A stretch of DNA of 64,000 nucleotides, from NCBI RefSeq assembly GCF_028435265.1, contig NZ_JAGTJK010000012.1:166900-230899 (forward strand), written 5' to 3'. The stretch is from Polyangium jinanense (GTDB lineage: Bacteria > Myxococcota_A > Polyangia > Polyangiales > Polyangiaceae). The position numbers were made by a program, and so were the translations under genes. Of this stretch, positions 10,235 to 19,476 are shown one piece after another (positions within the stretch are counted from its first letter, which is position 1; every line of letters begins with the position of its first letter). Below the pieces are notes generated by a model. The model worked only from the letters and a program-made list of their open reading frames with translations. It did no database searches and was not told the origin of the DNA.

Positions 10235-11050
10235 ATGCAGACCTCCCACGAACGCCCCGCCATCAAGCCTCGTGATCCCGGTCTCGACTTCGACGAGACC
10301 GTCCCGCGCCACTGGTTCGGGGGCAACGCGCTCGCGACCCACATCGCGAACGGCGTCAATCTGCTGTTCCCGGCGGGCGAGCGTTTTTTCGTGCGCAGCG
10401 TCCACCATTACCTCGACAAACTCGAAGACCCCGCGCTCCGCGCCCAGGTGAAAGGCTTCTTCGCCCAGGAGGGCCGCCACGCCCGCACGCACGAGCGCTT
10501 CTTCGAGCGTCTCGAAGAGCAGGGCTACGAGATCAAGCCGTTCCTCCGTGTCTACGAGAAGATCGCGTACGGCATCCTCGAGCCTGCGTTCCCGCCCGCG
10601 TTCCGCCTCGCCGTCACCGCGGCGGCCGAACATTTCACGGCCATCATGGCCGAGAACGCGCTCCGCGAGCGCTTCCTCGAGCGGGCCCACCCGGCGCTGC
10701 GCGACCTGCTCTTCTGGCACGCGGCTGAGGAGATCGAGCACCGCGCCGTCGCGTTCGACGTGCTCGGCACGGTGGCGCCGAGTTATGCCCTGCGCGTCGC
10801 CGGGATGGCCCTCGCCGCTTCCACGCTGGCGGCCTTCTGGATCGCCGGGACGCTCGTGCTCCTCGAACAGGACCGCCGCCGCGGCAACGTCGATCTTCGG
10901 GCCGAGTTGCGCAAGCTCCGCGAGCATCCGATCGGCCAGCGCGTGTTTTTGCGGGGCATCAAGTCCTATCTCCGTCGCGATTTCCATCCGCTCGAAGCCG
11001 AGATCGACGGCCTCGCGCGGCAATGGCTCGAAGCGAAGGGCATGGCATGA
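10235..11050 (+). CDS. ferritin-like diiron / predicted metal-dependent hydrolase family protein
   Basis: two ExxH motifs (QEGRHARTHE and AEEIEHRAV) plus additional conserved Glu on predicted helices; first gene of an overlap-coupled operon. Confidence 0.55.
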   Translation: MQTSHERPAIKPRDPGLDFDETVPRHWFGGNALATHIANGVNLLFPAGERFFVRSVHHYLDKLEDPALRAQVKGFFAQEGRHARTHERFFERLEEQGYEIKPFLRVYEKIAYGILEPAFPPAFRLAVTAAAEHFTAIMAENALRERFLERAHPALRDLLFWHAAEEIEHRAVAFDVLGTVAPSYALRVAGMALAASTLAAFWIAGTLVLLEQDRRRGNVDLRAELRKLREHPIGQRVFLRGIKSYLRRDFHPLEAEIDGLARQWLEAKGMA

Positions 11051-11694
11051 CGGTGCCCGTAGAATCCGGCCCGCGGATCGAACGCCGCGTCCTCTCGATC
11101 GACAGCGCGTACGACGAGGATACGGTCGAGATTCAGCGGATGCGGGATTCGCTGTATGCGGGCCTCGGCGGCCGCGTCGTGCGCTTCGGGCGCACGCTCA
11201 CCGAGCGCAGCACCGTCCTCGCCGCGCTTCGCGCCGCCGCGGAAGAGGGGCGACCTTATGCGGCGATCCTCGTGACCTCGCACGGCGAGCCGAGCCGGGT
11301 CCTCGACACGAATTCGCCCAAAGGCCTCCTCCTCGCCGACGATTTCCCCGCGGACGAGCTCAGGCTCTGGGCGGAGAACCGCGCCTTGCATTTCATGTGC
11401 TGCGATACGGGCGCGGGACCGCTTTTTTCGCGGCTCGCGGGGCTCGGGGCGCGTCTCGTCGTCGGGTTCGAGGGCAAACCGCGCTGGCATTCGCCGGAGG
11501 GGCGGCAGCGGTGGCGCGAGTTCGACGCCGAGACCGTGCGCGCGGTCGTCGAGACGCCCGATCCGAAGGTCGTAGGCGAGATTCGTACGCGCTGGCTCGG
11601 ACGCGTCGAGCAATGGCTGGTGACGGCGCCGCCGGGGTATGCGCAGGACCTGCGAGACATGCGGCAGACGCTCGGGACGATGGTGATTCTCTGA
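11047..11694 (+). CDS. caspase/CHAT-like protein (putative His-Cys dyad protease fold)
   Basis: ATGA overlap with upstream stop; hydrophobic strand plus His (AAILVTSHG), then about 40 aa later hydrophobic strand plus Cys plus small residues (LHFMCCDTGAG), the caspase-fold His/Cys dyad pattern. Confidence 0.5.
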   Translation: MTVPVESGPRIERRVLSIDSAYDEDTVEIQRMRDSLYAGLGGRVVRFGRTLTERSTVLAALRAAAEEGRPYAAILVTSHGEPSRVLDTNSPKGLLLADDFPADELRLWAENRALHFMCCDTGAGPLFSRLAGLGARLVVGFEGKPRWHSPEGRQRWREFDAETVRAVVETPDPKVVGEIRTRWLGRVEQWLVTAPPGYAQDLRDMRQTLGTMVIL

Positions 11695-13316
11695 TGCGAA
11701 TCGATGAGGCGACACGCGCGGCACGGTTTTTCGTCCTCGCAGCGGCGCTCGCAGCCCTGCCCGCCTTCGGCTGCGGGGGCACGCGTATGATCGGGAGCGG
11801 CCCGCACGCGTACGGGGAAGCCGCGCCCGAGGGGATCCGGTATCACCTGCCGAAGACGCTGATCGAGGTCAGCGTCCGGACCACGCTGACGTCGCGGAGG
11901 AGCGTTTCGTACGAGAAAAACGACGCGGGGCTGTACGAATTCAAGGTGAAGAGCCTGCCGTTCGACGTGGAGCAGAGCGCGGCGACGGTCACGGTCCTGC
12001 ACGTGCCGGACACGCGGGAGTTTTATGCGCTCCACCTCGAACCGGGCCGCACGTCCGACGATTCGCTGGCCGTCGAGACGTATGGCAATGGCTTGCTCAA
12101 GTCGATCAACATGGAGAGCGCGGGGCGCGAGGGGCAGGTCGTCGCCGATACGCTGGAAGCGGCGGCCACCATTGCGGGCTTTTTGGTCGGGCTCGCGGAT
12201 CGCGGGACCGAGGCCGCGCGGACGTTCGTTTGTGGAAAGCTCCGCGCCGATCCCTCCGCTGCAAAGTTCCCGTGCGAGGACCTCGAAGGTTTGCCCATGC
12301 AGACCTTGTATTTCCTCGCCGCGAATGCGGAGGGCCGAAAGCTCTTCTTGCGCGGACACGAGCTCGACGCCATCACGAGCGAGCGCCGGAAAACGAAGAA
12401 GGAGGTCGAGGACAAGATCGGCGCCGCGGACGCGAAGGAGCTCGCCGCGCTCGAATCGAAGCGCGCCTTGCTCGACGCCTCGCTCCGCGCGGCCCTCGAA
12501 GAACGCAAGGAGGTGACCTCCGCGTTCGAGGCCCGGCTCCAGGCGTTCGCGGAGGAGCAACGGTTCGCGCCGGAGTCGATCACGCGGGACGTCGTGCGGG
12601 TTTTCGACGTCGCGGAGATCCCCGAAGAAGCCACGCTCCCCGAGGGGACGAAATCGGCCGACGTGCCGGCGAAGCTCGCGAAGCACCCGGCCATGCTGGA
12701 GCTGTGGAACGCGACCCGTATCGCGATCGCCTTGACTCCGGACCGGGGCGCGCCGCCGAAAAAACCGACGAGCGCGGCGCCGGTCGAGGAGGAAGTCGCG
12801 GAAGGGCGCGTGTTTTATCGTCCGTCACGCGCGGCCACGCTGCGGCTGCTTTCGCAAGGGAAGATCGCGGATCCGGACGAAGGGCGGATCGGCGAATCGT
12901 ACGAGGGGATTCGTATCGTGGACGCGCGGATCATCGATGTGATGGATCCACGCGAGTCTCCGGCGACGGTCTCTTTTGATCCGGCTGCCTTTGCCAAGCG
13001 TAGGCTCGCGCTCGGGTTCGACACGAAAGGCCGCCTCGTCCGGCTGGAGCAGAGCAGCGCCTCGACCTTCCCGAGCGCGACCGGCGCGGTCGCGGACGGG
13101 CTCGCCAGCGCGAGCAGCGCGCTCGGGGTCGCGAGCATGGTCGACACCGCCGCGAAGGAGCCGGACCTCGCCACGGTCGATACGCTCGCCCAAATCGAGC
13201 GGCTGCGCAGGCAGCGGCAGACGCTCGATGCGCAGATTCAGGCGCTCGAGACGGTGAAAGATATTGAAAGGCAGAAACGCGTCCCATCGGTTGAACGGCC
13301 CGCGCCGTCGCGATAA
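11694..13316 (+). CDS. lipoprotein with central coiled-coil, hypothetical (540 aa)
   Basis: TGATG overlap with the upstream gene; MRIDEATRAARFFVLAAALAALPAFGCGG lipobox; the upstream 382 aa of the six-frame ORF is Arg/Ser-rich. Confidence 0.6.
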   Translation: MRIDEATRAARFFVLAAALAALPAFGCGGTRMIGSGPHAYGEAAPEGIRYHLPKTLIEVSVRTTLTSRRSVSYEKNDAGLYEFKVKSLPFDVEQSAATVTVLHVPDTREFYALHLEPGRTSDDSLAVETYGNGLLKSINMESAGREGQVVADTLEAAATIAGFLVGLADRGTEAARTFVCGKLRADPSAAKFPCEDLEGLPMQTLYFLAANAEGRKLFLRGHELDAITSERRKTKKEVEDKIGAADAKELAALESKRALLDASLRAALEERKEVTSAFEARLQAFAEEQRFAPESITRDVVRVFDVAEIPEEATLPEGTKSADVPAKLAKHPAMLELWNATRIAIALTPDRGAPPKKPTSAAPVEEEVAEGRVFYRPSRAATLRLLSQGKIADPDEGRIGESYEGIRIVDARIIDVMDPRESPATVSFDPAAFAKRRLALGFDTKGRLVRLEQSSASTFPSATGAVADGLASASSALGVASMVDTAAKEPDLATVDTLAQIERLRRQRQTLDAQIQALETVKDIERQKRVPSVERPAPSR

Positions 13317-13326
13317 GGGATGCCGG

Positions 13327-13824
13327 GTGAAGCCCTTCGTGATCATCCTGGCCGCCGTCACCTTTCTTGGATGCGGAGGCTCGGCCGAGCCCGAGCCCGC
13401 GACGCCCGAATCAACGTTGCCCTCCACGCCGCCGGTCGACGACGCGCCGGTGGAGCAATCCGAGTGGACGGGCGGCACCATCACCGGCCTCGTTCGTCTG
13501 GCCGAGAATGCAAAGCCGATCGAATCCCCCGATTTCGAGCTCATCCTGACGCTCTCCGGCGGCAACATCCGCAAGACGGAGCGCGTGGAGCTCGGGAAGA
13601 TCAAAAAGAAGCTCTCGGGGCCGGCGCCCTACGCGTTCGAGATTCAGGCCGATCAATCCAAGTTCGACCCGTTCGACAATTACACGATCAGCGGCTTCAT
13701 CGCCGCGCCGGACGGGAACTTCTGGTATTCGGTCAAGGATCTGCCGCGGGTCTACGTCAAAGGGCAAAAACCCGGCCCCGTCGAGGTCGAGGTGATCCCC
13801 GTGGATCCGAGGGCCGGCAAATAA
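13327..13824 (+). CDS. small lipoprotein, hypothetical (GTG start)
   Basis: GTG at 13327 gives (M)KPFVIILAAVTFLGCGGS lipobox; ATG-initiated N-terminus in the table is Arg-rich and overlaps the upstream gene. Confidence 0.5.
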   Translation: MKPFVIILAAVTFLGCGGSAEPEPATPESTLPSTPPVDDAPVEQSEWTGGTITGLVRLAENAKPIESPDFELILTLSGGNIRKTERVELGKIKKKLSGPAPYAFEIQADQSKFDPFDNYTISGFIAAPDGNFWYSVKDLPRVYVKGQKPGPVEVEVIPVDPRAGK

Positions 13825-13849
13825 GCGCGTCGCGCACCGAGCCCGAAGC

Positions 13850-15151
13850 TCACCGCTTCTTTTTCTTCTTTTTCTTCGGCGGAGGCGGCGGTCGCGTCTT
13901 GCCCGGCGCGGCGGGGACCCACGGGGCGCTCCGATCCACGGGCAGCGGCGTATCCGCGGGCAAGGCTTGCTCTCCGGCGCGCTTGATCGTGAACGACGAG
14001 CTCACGACGTTGTACATGTGGGCGCCGAAATTCGAAAGGTCGCCCCCGCCGGCGATGCCGATCGGAATGCAAAAGAGGCGCTTGCGTTCCTCGTCGAGGT
14101 CGCTGTACGGGATGAACCGGCCCTGATCGTCGCGCACGCCGCGCGTGTAGCCACCGCCGCCGCCCTGCGACATCCCGTCCTGGATCGCCTGCGCGAGCTG
14201 CTCGATGACCTCGTTCGCGCAGAGCGGCTTGATCTCGCCCTTCACCTTGCTGCCGGCCGGATACTGGACCTTCGATTCGATCTTGACGACGACCGTGACG
14301 CCCTGTTTGTCCGGGCCCATTTGCAAGGACCGCGCGGCAAGGCCGCTCTTCACGGCCTCCACGACGCCGGTCCAGTGGTTCGCATTGGCGTCCGTGGTGC
14401 TGACGAGGCGAACGCCCTCGACCTTGCCTTGCGCGTCGAGTTTGACCTCGAACGTGGCGCGGGCGTCCTTGACCGCCGAGCCGCGGACGGCGTTAGCAAT
14501 GGTGGAGGCGACCACGCCGGCCGCGGGGACGTCGATGCCGGTGGATTTGTCCTTGTTGTGGAGGGTGCCGGCGATGACGCGGCTCGCGATGTCGGAATCG
14601 ACGGGGCGCGGCGCCTCGATGGTGGTGGGCGCGGGCCGCGCCGCCGGCGCGCCGGGGACAACGCCCGGGACGGCCCAGACCGGCGAGCCCAGACCGGGAA
14701 GGGCGCCGACGACGGGCGCGGGCGCGGGCGCGCCGCCGTATTCGTCGACGGGAGGGCTCGGCGCGGCGGGCGTGGGCGCGGGAGCGGATTCGGGCGCGGG
14801 CGCGGAGGCGGATTCGGGAGCGGGAGCGGATTCGGGAGCGGGAGCGGATTCAGGGGCGGGAGCGGGCGCGGATTCGGGCGCCGGCGCAGGCACGGGCGCA
14901 GGTGCACGCACGGCCGCGCGGGCCGGTTCGGGCGTGGGCGCCTGCTCGAGCGCGGGAGCCGGCGCGCGCGTCACCGTGCCGGGCGGGCCTTCCTCCTCGA
15001 TATCGACCGTCGTATCTGCCGACGGCTCGACGCGGGGCGCGAGCACCTCGGCCCCCGGCGCCGGGCCACGCGGGGCGACGGCGAGGAAAAGCACGTGCGC
15101 GACGATCGCGACCGCGATCGCCCCAAGTTCGCGCCCCCGTTCCTTCGCCAC
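13850..15151 (-). CDS. membrane-anchored Pro/Ala-rich protein with a TonB-C-like C-terminal domain
   Basis: N-terminal TM (AIAVAIVAHVLFLAV), PAPESAPAP repeats, C-terminal globular region, poly-Lys tail. Confidence 0.55.
   Translation of the reverse strand: MAKERGRELGAIAVAIVAHVLFLAVAPRGPAPGAEVLAPRVEPSADTTVDIEEEGPPGTVTRAPAPALEQAPTPEPARAAVRAPAPVPAPAPESAPAPAPESAPAPESAPAPESASAPAPESAPAPTPAAPSPPVDEYGGAPAPAPVVGALPGLGSPVWAVPGVVPGAPAARPAPTTIEAPRPVDSDIASRVIAGTLHNKDKSTGIDVPAAGVVASTIANAVRGSAVKDARATFEVKLDAQGKVEGVRLVSTTDANANHWTGVVEAVKSGLAARSLQMGPDKQGVTVVVKIESKVQYPAGSKVKGEIKPLCANEVIEQLAQAIQDGMSQGGGGGYTRGVRDDQGRFIPYSDLDEERKRLFCIPIGIAGGGDLSNFGAHMYNVVSSSFTIKRAGEQALPADTPLPVDRSAPWVPAAPGKTRPPPPPKKKKKKKR
14800..14900. 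repeat. tandem repeat (GGAGCGGATTCGGGAGCG-like) encoding the APESAPAP repeats
   Basis: direct tandem units visible in the sequence inside 13850..15151. Confidence 0.7.
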
Positions 15152-15287
15152 GCGCCGAGACTAGCACATCCCCCGGCGCGGTTGCACCTCGGCGCATGAA
15201 GTGGACCTGCGACGAAGCCTCGGGTGTGCCCGTCGAGACATGGTCCTCGAGCACCATTTCGGAAAAAAATCACGCACCGATGAAACG

Positions 15288-16061
15288 TCAGCGGCTGCCG
15301 AGGAAAGCGAGCGCCTTTTCGACCTGCTCGTCCGTCATCGCGTGGCCCGCGCGGGGACGCCCGATCTCGAGGTGCGGCCAGCGCATCCGCTTCAGCATCT
15401 TCGCGAGCGCCTGCTGCTTGTCGTGCGAAGGATCCCCCGCGCCCCACGCGACCACGATCGGCGCCCGTTTCTTCGTCCCCTTCGCCTCCGTCTCGTGATA
15501 CGGCGCGCCCGAGCCGCCCGCGAAGAGCGCATACCCCGCGACGTCGAGCCGGCCGCGCATCGCGAGCGAGGTCGCGTAATACGCGCCGTTCGAGAATCCG
15601 AAGACGTAAACGCGCTCGAAAGGTTTGCCCGCGGCTTGCTCCAGCGCTTGCCGCGCAGCCGTCCATTCCGCGACGAGCGCGTCCTCGTGGATCCGGCGCG
15701 CGTCCATGCTCGTCGGCCAGGCCCACCACGACTCCATCGTCTTCGGGCCGATCCCGCGGCGCCCGCGCGGCATGATCACGGTATGGCCGTACGTCGCGCC
15801 CACCCGCGCGGCGTTGCGCTGCGAGTTCCATTGATCGTTCGTGTCGGGCTGGACGACGCCGTGCAGGTGAATGATGAGCGTGCGCGGCCCGGGCGCGGGT
15901 TTTTCCGGGACGAAGTAGCAGACCTCGTTCGGTAGCGCGGGAAGCTCGGCCGCGCACCAGCGGCGCTTGTCGGTGACGGTCTCCGAGGGCGCCTCGGCCG
16001 ACGCCGGACGCGGGCTGCCCGCGAAGAGGGCGAGGACGAACACGAGGGGCGAAAGGCGCAC
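15288..16061 (-). CDS. secreted alpha/beta hydrolase (esterase/depolymerase-like)
   Basis: signal peptide MRLSPLVFVLALFAGSPRPASA; GFSNGA nucleophile elbow (GxSxG); HLHG oxyanion-like region. Confidence 0.8.
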   Translation of the reverse strand: MRLSPLVFVLALFAGSPRPASAEAPSETVTDKRRWCAAELPALPNEVCYFVPEKPAPGPRTLIIHLHGVVQPDTNDQWNSQRNAARVGATYGHTVIMPRGRRGIGPKTMESWWAWPTSMDARRIHEDALVAEWTAARQALEQAAGKPFERVYVFGFSNGAYYATSLAMRGRLDVAGYALFAGGSGAPYHETEAKGTKKRAPIVVAWGAGDPSHDKQQALAKMLKRMRWPHLEIGRPRAGHAMTDEQVEKALAFLGSR

Positions 16062-16117
16062 GGCCCGACCCTACCACGGGATGCGCGCCGCGGGCACGTT
16101 CGTGTATCGTAGGCCCG

Positions 16118-16600
16118 ATGAAAGAAAAGCGCGGAGACAAGGACGTACGGGCCGCACAGGCAGAGGTGCTCGCGGCGCTCGCGAGGCGGCTCTCGAAAGG
16201 GGACACGCCGCTCCCCGCGGATCTCATGGCCAAGATCACCGCGGAGCTCGAGCTGCGCATCGACGACGAGGCGATCTCCGCGGCCTGGGCCGAGCAAGGC
16301 AACGAGGAGCCGACGTCCTGGCGAGGCAACGCAGCGCGCGCGAGCCGGCGCGGGCGGGGGAGGGACGTTCGCGACATCGAGCTCTTCGCGCGCGCAGCGC
16401 GAGACCTCGAAGCACTCGAGGCAGCCGAGCGGGAGGAAGTGTCGCTGGAGATCGACGCGCTCGCCTTCGATCCGGTGCCGCGCGGGGTGATGGCGCTTCA
16501 CGGTCGAAAGGATGGACACCTGCAAAACCGCATGGGCATGCGGCGCTTGCTTTACAAGGTGCAGGGGATGGTGGTGACCGTCGTGGCGATCACTGGCTAG
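16118..16600 (+). CDS. protein with RelE/ParE-like C-terminal toxin fold and a roughly 90-aa N-terminal extension
   Basis: C-terminus FDPVPRGVMALHGRKDGHLQNRMGMRRLLYKVQGMVVTVVAI fits the RelE/ParE pattern; GC3-rich codon usage; no separate antitoxin ORF upstream. Confidence 0.3.
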   Translation: MKEKRGDKDVRAAQAEVLAALARRLSKGDTPLPADLMAKITAELELRIDDEAISAAWAEQGNEEPTSWRGNAARASRRGRGRDVRDIELFARAARDLEALEAAEREEVSLEIDALAFDPVPRGVMALHGRKDGHLQNRMGMRRLLYKVQGMVVTVVAITG

Positions 16601-17891
16601 CCCGCCAGCACTCCTCCTCTAGCATCCACGCTTCGAGGAGCCCGGGCTGTTCGCCGAAACCCCGATAGTACTCGTCATTCAGGCATTTCACCAGGGCTTT
16701 TCGCTCGGACACGGAGAGGTCGGTCACGCCGAGCGGCATCTTCTGGTGGTTCACGACATAAAAGCTCACCAGCGTCCCGCCCTGGGGCTGCAAACGGATC
16801 CCGCTCGGATAATTCAGCTCCCCGCGTAGAAGGCCATCGTGGCAATGGGCGCATTGCATGGCCTCTCCGAGCCGTGCGAGCCGCTCCGGTTCGACGAGTC
16901 CGGCGGAGCAGGCGGCGAGGAATTCCGGTGTTCGCAGCGGCGAGGTCCGGGGACCCATCGGCGGCCCGTAGTCCGAGCGCGTGAATCCGTCGAGGTCGAT
17001 GGCGCCATGACTCGCCATCCGCGCGTTCACCGCCCTGAGCTTCTCGCCGAAGCGAGTTTCGTCGAATTGGAGGGGATCGGGCGTGATGGGAAGGGTGGCC
17101 TGCTTGTGACAAGCGTAGCAGTTCTCGGCGATGCCGGTTTCGTCGAGTCGTGTGCCGATCTCGATCCTGCCGCCGTCTCGCTTTCGCCAGAAATCCTTCA
17201 ATCTCGCGCGCGGCGTTTTCAGCGTCATGCCCGTTCCCGCCTCCGTTTTCTGGACGGCCACGACCGAGACGCCCTTGGGCAGCTCGCCGGCGGGATCCTG
17301 CTGGAGCCCGAACTGGATGTACTGGTCGAAGTCTTTGCGCGGAACGTAGACGAAAAACCGGCCGAGCGAACGCGTGCCGTCGGGGGTGGGCAGATGTTGT
17401 GACGTGTAGATGAAAGCGATCCATTCGAGTCGTGGGTCGGAGATCGTCTTGTTGATCCCATCGATGTACTGGAGCGCGCTCGTGAGGGATGCGTCGTCGT
17501 TCTTGTCGAGCCACCGTAGAAATGGCTGGTCCTTCAGCTCCGCCGGTAGCTCCAGCATCTCGGGGTACGGCATTTCGGAGAAGTATTGTTCGTCCGGAAT
17601 CGATGCGCCCATCTTATGGCCGTTCATCTGTTTGTCCTGCGTCACCGCTTCGAAGAAGCTCGAAAAGTTGCTCATGCATGTTCGGGCGGTGGGAAGGGCC
17701 TCGAGCTGCCGTTTGCAGCGCCTGAGCGTCGCGCCGATGTCGTCGAGGATCTCGCCTTCGAGATCACTGGCAAAGAAGGCGTGCGTCGTTCGCACGTGCC
17801 AGTCGCGAAAGCCGGGAAGGTCGGTGGGGCAGGGCGGGACCACCAGAGGGCTCGCCGCCAGGTAGAGGATTCCCCAGGGTCGCGCGCGCAT
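16590..17891 (-). CDS. secreted di-heme c-type cytochrome family protein
   Basis: ATG at 17891 (MRARPWGILYLAASPLVVP signal peptide); two CxxCH motifs (CYACH, CAHCH); upstream 135 aa of the ORF is Arg-rich; 3' end overlaps convergent 16118..16600 by 11 nt. Confidence 0.7.
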   Translation of the reverse strand: MRARPWGILYLAASPLVVPPCPTDLPGFRDWHVRTTHAFFASDLEGEILDDIGATLRRCKRQLEALPTARTCMSNFSSFFEAVTQDKQMNGHKMGASIPDEQYFSEMPYPEMLELPAELKDQPFLRWLDKNDDASLTSALQYIDGINKTISDPRLEWIAFIYTSQHLPTPDGTRSLGRFFVYVPRKDFDQYIQFGLQQDPAGELPKGVSVVAVQKTEAGTGMTLKTPRARLKDFWRKRDGGRIEIGTRLDETGIAENCYACHKQATLPITPDPLQFDETRFGEKLRAVNARMASHGAIDLDGFTRSDYGPPMGPRTSPLRTPEFLAACSAGLVEPERLARLGEAMQCAHCHDGLLRGELNYPSGIRLQPQGGTLVSFYVVNHQKMPLGVTDLSVSERKALVKCLNDEYYRGFGEQPGLLEAWMLEEECWRASQ

Positions 17892-18003
17892 CGTCTGCCC
17901 TCCGCGTGTCTCGAGGGCGAAAGGAGGCAAGAGACGTGCGATGGCACGCGCAGGCGCGCGCCGAGCACGGATTTCGCAGATTGGGAGGGAGGGGAGGGAG
18001 CCG

Positions 18004-19356
18004 TTACGACGAAGGCTTGCGGGGCGTGAGACGCGCCGTCCCTTCGAGCCCCTGCGCGCGTGCTGCCTCGACGACAGCCTCACACACGGCCTCGTGCACA
18101 TGCGGCAAGAGCGGCGAGGGAACGACCTCGCCCTTCTCCGCACACGACGCGATCGCGCGCGCCGCCGCGATACGCATCTCCGGCGTGATGGCGCGGCTCT
18201 CCACGGCGAGCGCGCCGCGGAACAGGCCCGGGAATGCGAGCGCATTGTTGATGCTGCGCCCGTCGCTGCAGTATGCAGCGCCCGCCGCGAGCGCATCGAC
18301 CGGCTCGATCTCGGGGTCCGGGTTCGACAGCGGGAAGATGACCTGCCCCGGCCGGATCCATTTCGGATCGATGAGCCCCGGCCTCCCGGTCGCCGCGATC
18401 ACGATATCGGCCTCGCGCATGAGCGTCGGCAGATCGACCGGGTGCGCGCCGAGGCTCTTGAGCCACGCCATCGCCTCCTCCGACCGATCCGTCACGAGCA
18501 CGTCGCGCGCCCCGTGCGCCATCATGAGCCGGGCGATCGCGCTTCCGGCCGCGCCGAGCCCGATCTGCCCGACGCGCGCCTTTTCCAGCGAGACGCCCGT
18601 CATTTTACACGCATTGAGCACCGCGGCGAGCGCGACCGTGGCCGTGCCGTGCTGGTCGTCGTGCATGACGGGTTTGTCGAGGCGCTCGATGAGCTCTTCC
18701 TCGATCTTGTAACAATCCGGGATGCGGATGTCCTCGAGGTGAATGCCGCCGAACGTGAGCGAGAGGCGCAGGACCGTGTCCACGAACTCCCGCGGATCGA
18801 GCGTGTCGACGAGGATCGGCGAGGCGCTGATCCCGACGAACTTGTCGTAAAGGACGGCCTTTCCTTCCATGACCGGCAGCGAGGCGAGCGGCCCGACATT
18901 GCCGAGGCCGAGGACACGCGTGCCGTTCGTGAAGATGCCGACCGAGTTCCCGATCCCCGTGAGGTGCCGCGCGCGCTCGGGCTCCCGTTCGATCGCACGC
19001 GCAACGCGGGCCACGCCCGGCGTGTAGATGTAACGCAAATCGCGCTGATGACGGAGCTCGATCCGGCTCGTCATGTGGAGCTTGCCGCCCTTGTGCAGGT
19101 CGAAGACGCGGTCGATCGTGTCGATCAGCTCGACGCCGTCGATGGCGCGCACGGCCTCGATGACGCGGTCGCGCTGCTCCTCGTCCTGGGTCTCGACGGT
19201 GATCTCGCGCAGGGTATCGCTCTCCACGATGCGCAAGGTGGTGATGTCACCAAGCAAACCGCCCTGCTCGGCCACGACCGTGGCAAGACGGGCAAGCTGG
19301 CCCACGCGGTGTTTGCATTTGACGCGAAGTACGGTGTCGAGGCTCGTCTTCCTCAT
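18004..19356 (-). CDS. NAD(P)-dependent malic enzyme with N-terminal ACT domain
   Basis: ACT-like N-terminus, malic-enzyme core (VLGLGNVGP, GTATVALAAVLNA), NAD-binding GLGAAGSAIA. Confidence 0.85.
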   Translation of the reverse strand: MRKTSLDTVLRVKCKHRVGQLARLATVVAEQGGLLGDITTLRIVESDTLREITVETQDEEQRDRVIEAVRAIDGVELIDTIDRVFDLHKGGKLHMTSRIELRHQRDLRYIYTPGVARVARAIEREPERARHLTGIGNSVGIFTNGTRVLGLGNVGPLASLPVMEGKAVLYDKFVGISASPILVDTLDPREFVDTVLRLSLTFGGIHLEDIRIPDCYKIEEELIERLDKPVMHDDQHGTATVALAAVLNACKMTGVSLEKARVGQIGLGAAGSAIARLMMAHGARDVLVTDRSEEAMAWLKSLGAHPVDLPTLMREADIVIAATGRPGLIDPKWIRPGQVIFPLSNPDPEIEPVDALAAGAAYCSDGRSINNALAFPGLFRGALAVESRAITPEMRIAAARAIASCAEKGEVVPSPLLPHVHEAVCEAVVEAARAQGLEGTARLTPRKPSS

Positions 19357-19476
19357 GGGGGCGCGGACCATACCACGAAGAAGGCCGAGTGGGAGCAAGT
19401 TGGGGAAGGAGGAGATTCCGTCTCGTCGGATCTTCCCTTATCATCCGCGCGTAGCGTTGCCCGAGGAGAGACGAGC

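Noticed and set aside
8107-11023. 698-aa (+) and 831-aa (-) ORFs spanning 8107..11023
   Set aside because: Arg/Pro-rich composition, antisense or alternate frame to the M28 peptidase and ferritin-like genes, which carry real catalytic motifs.
17941-19476. N-terminal 512 aa of the 1169-aa ORF that contains VgrG
   Set aside because: Arg-rich, antisense to the malic enzyme gene; VgrG homology and an RBS begin at the internal ATG 19477.
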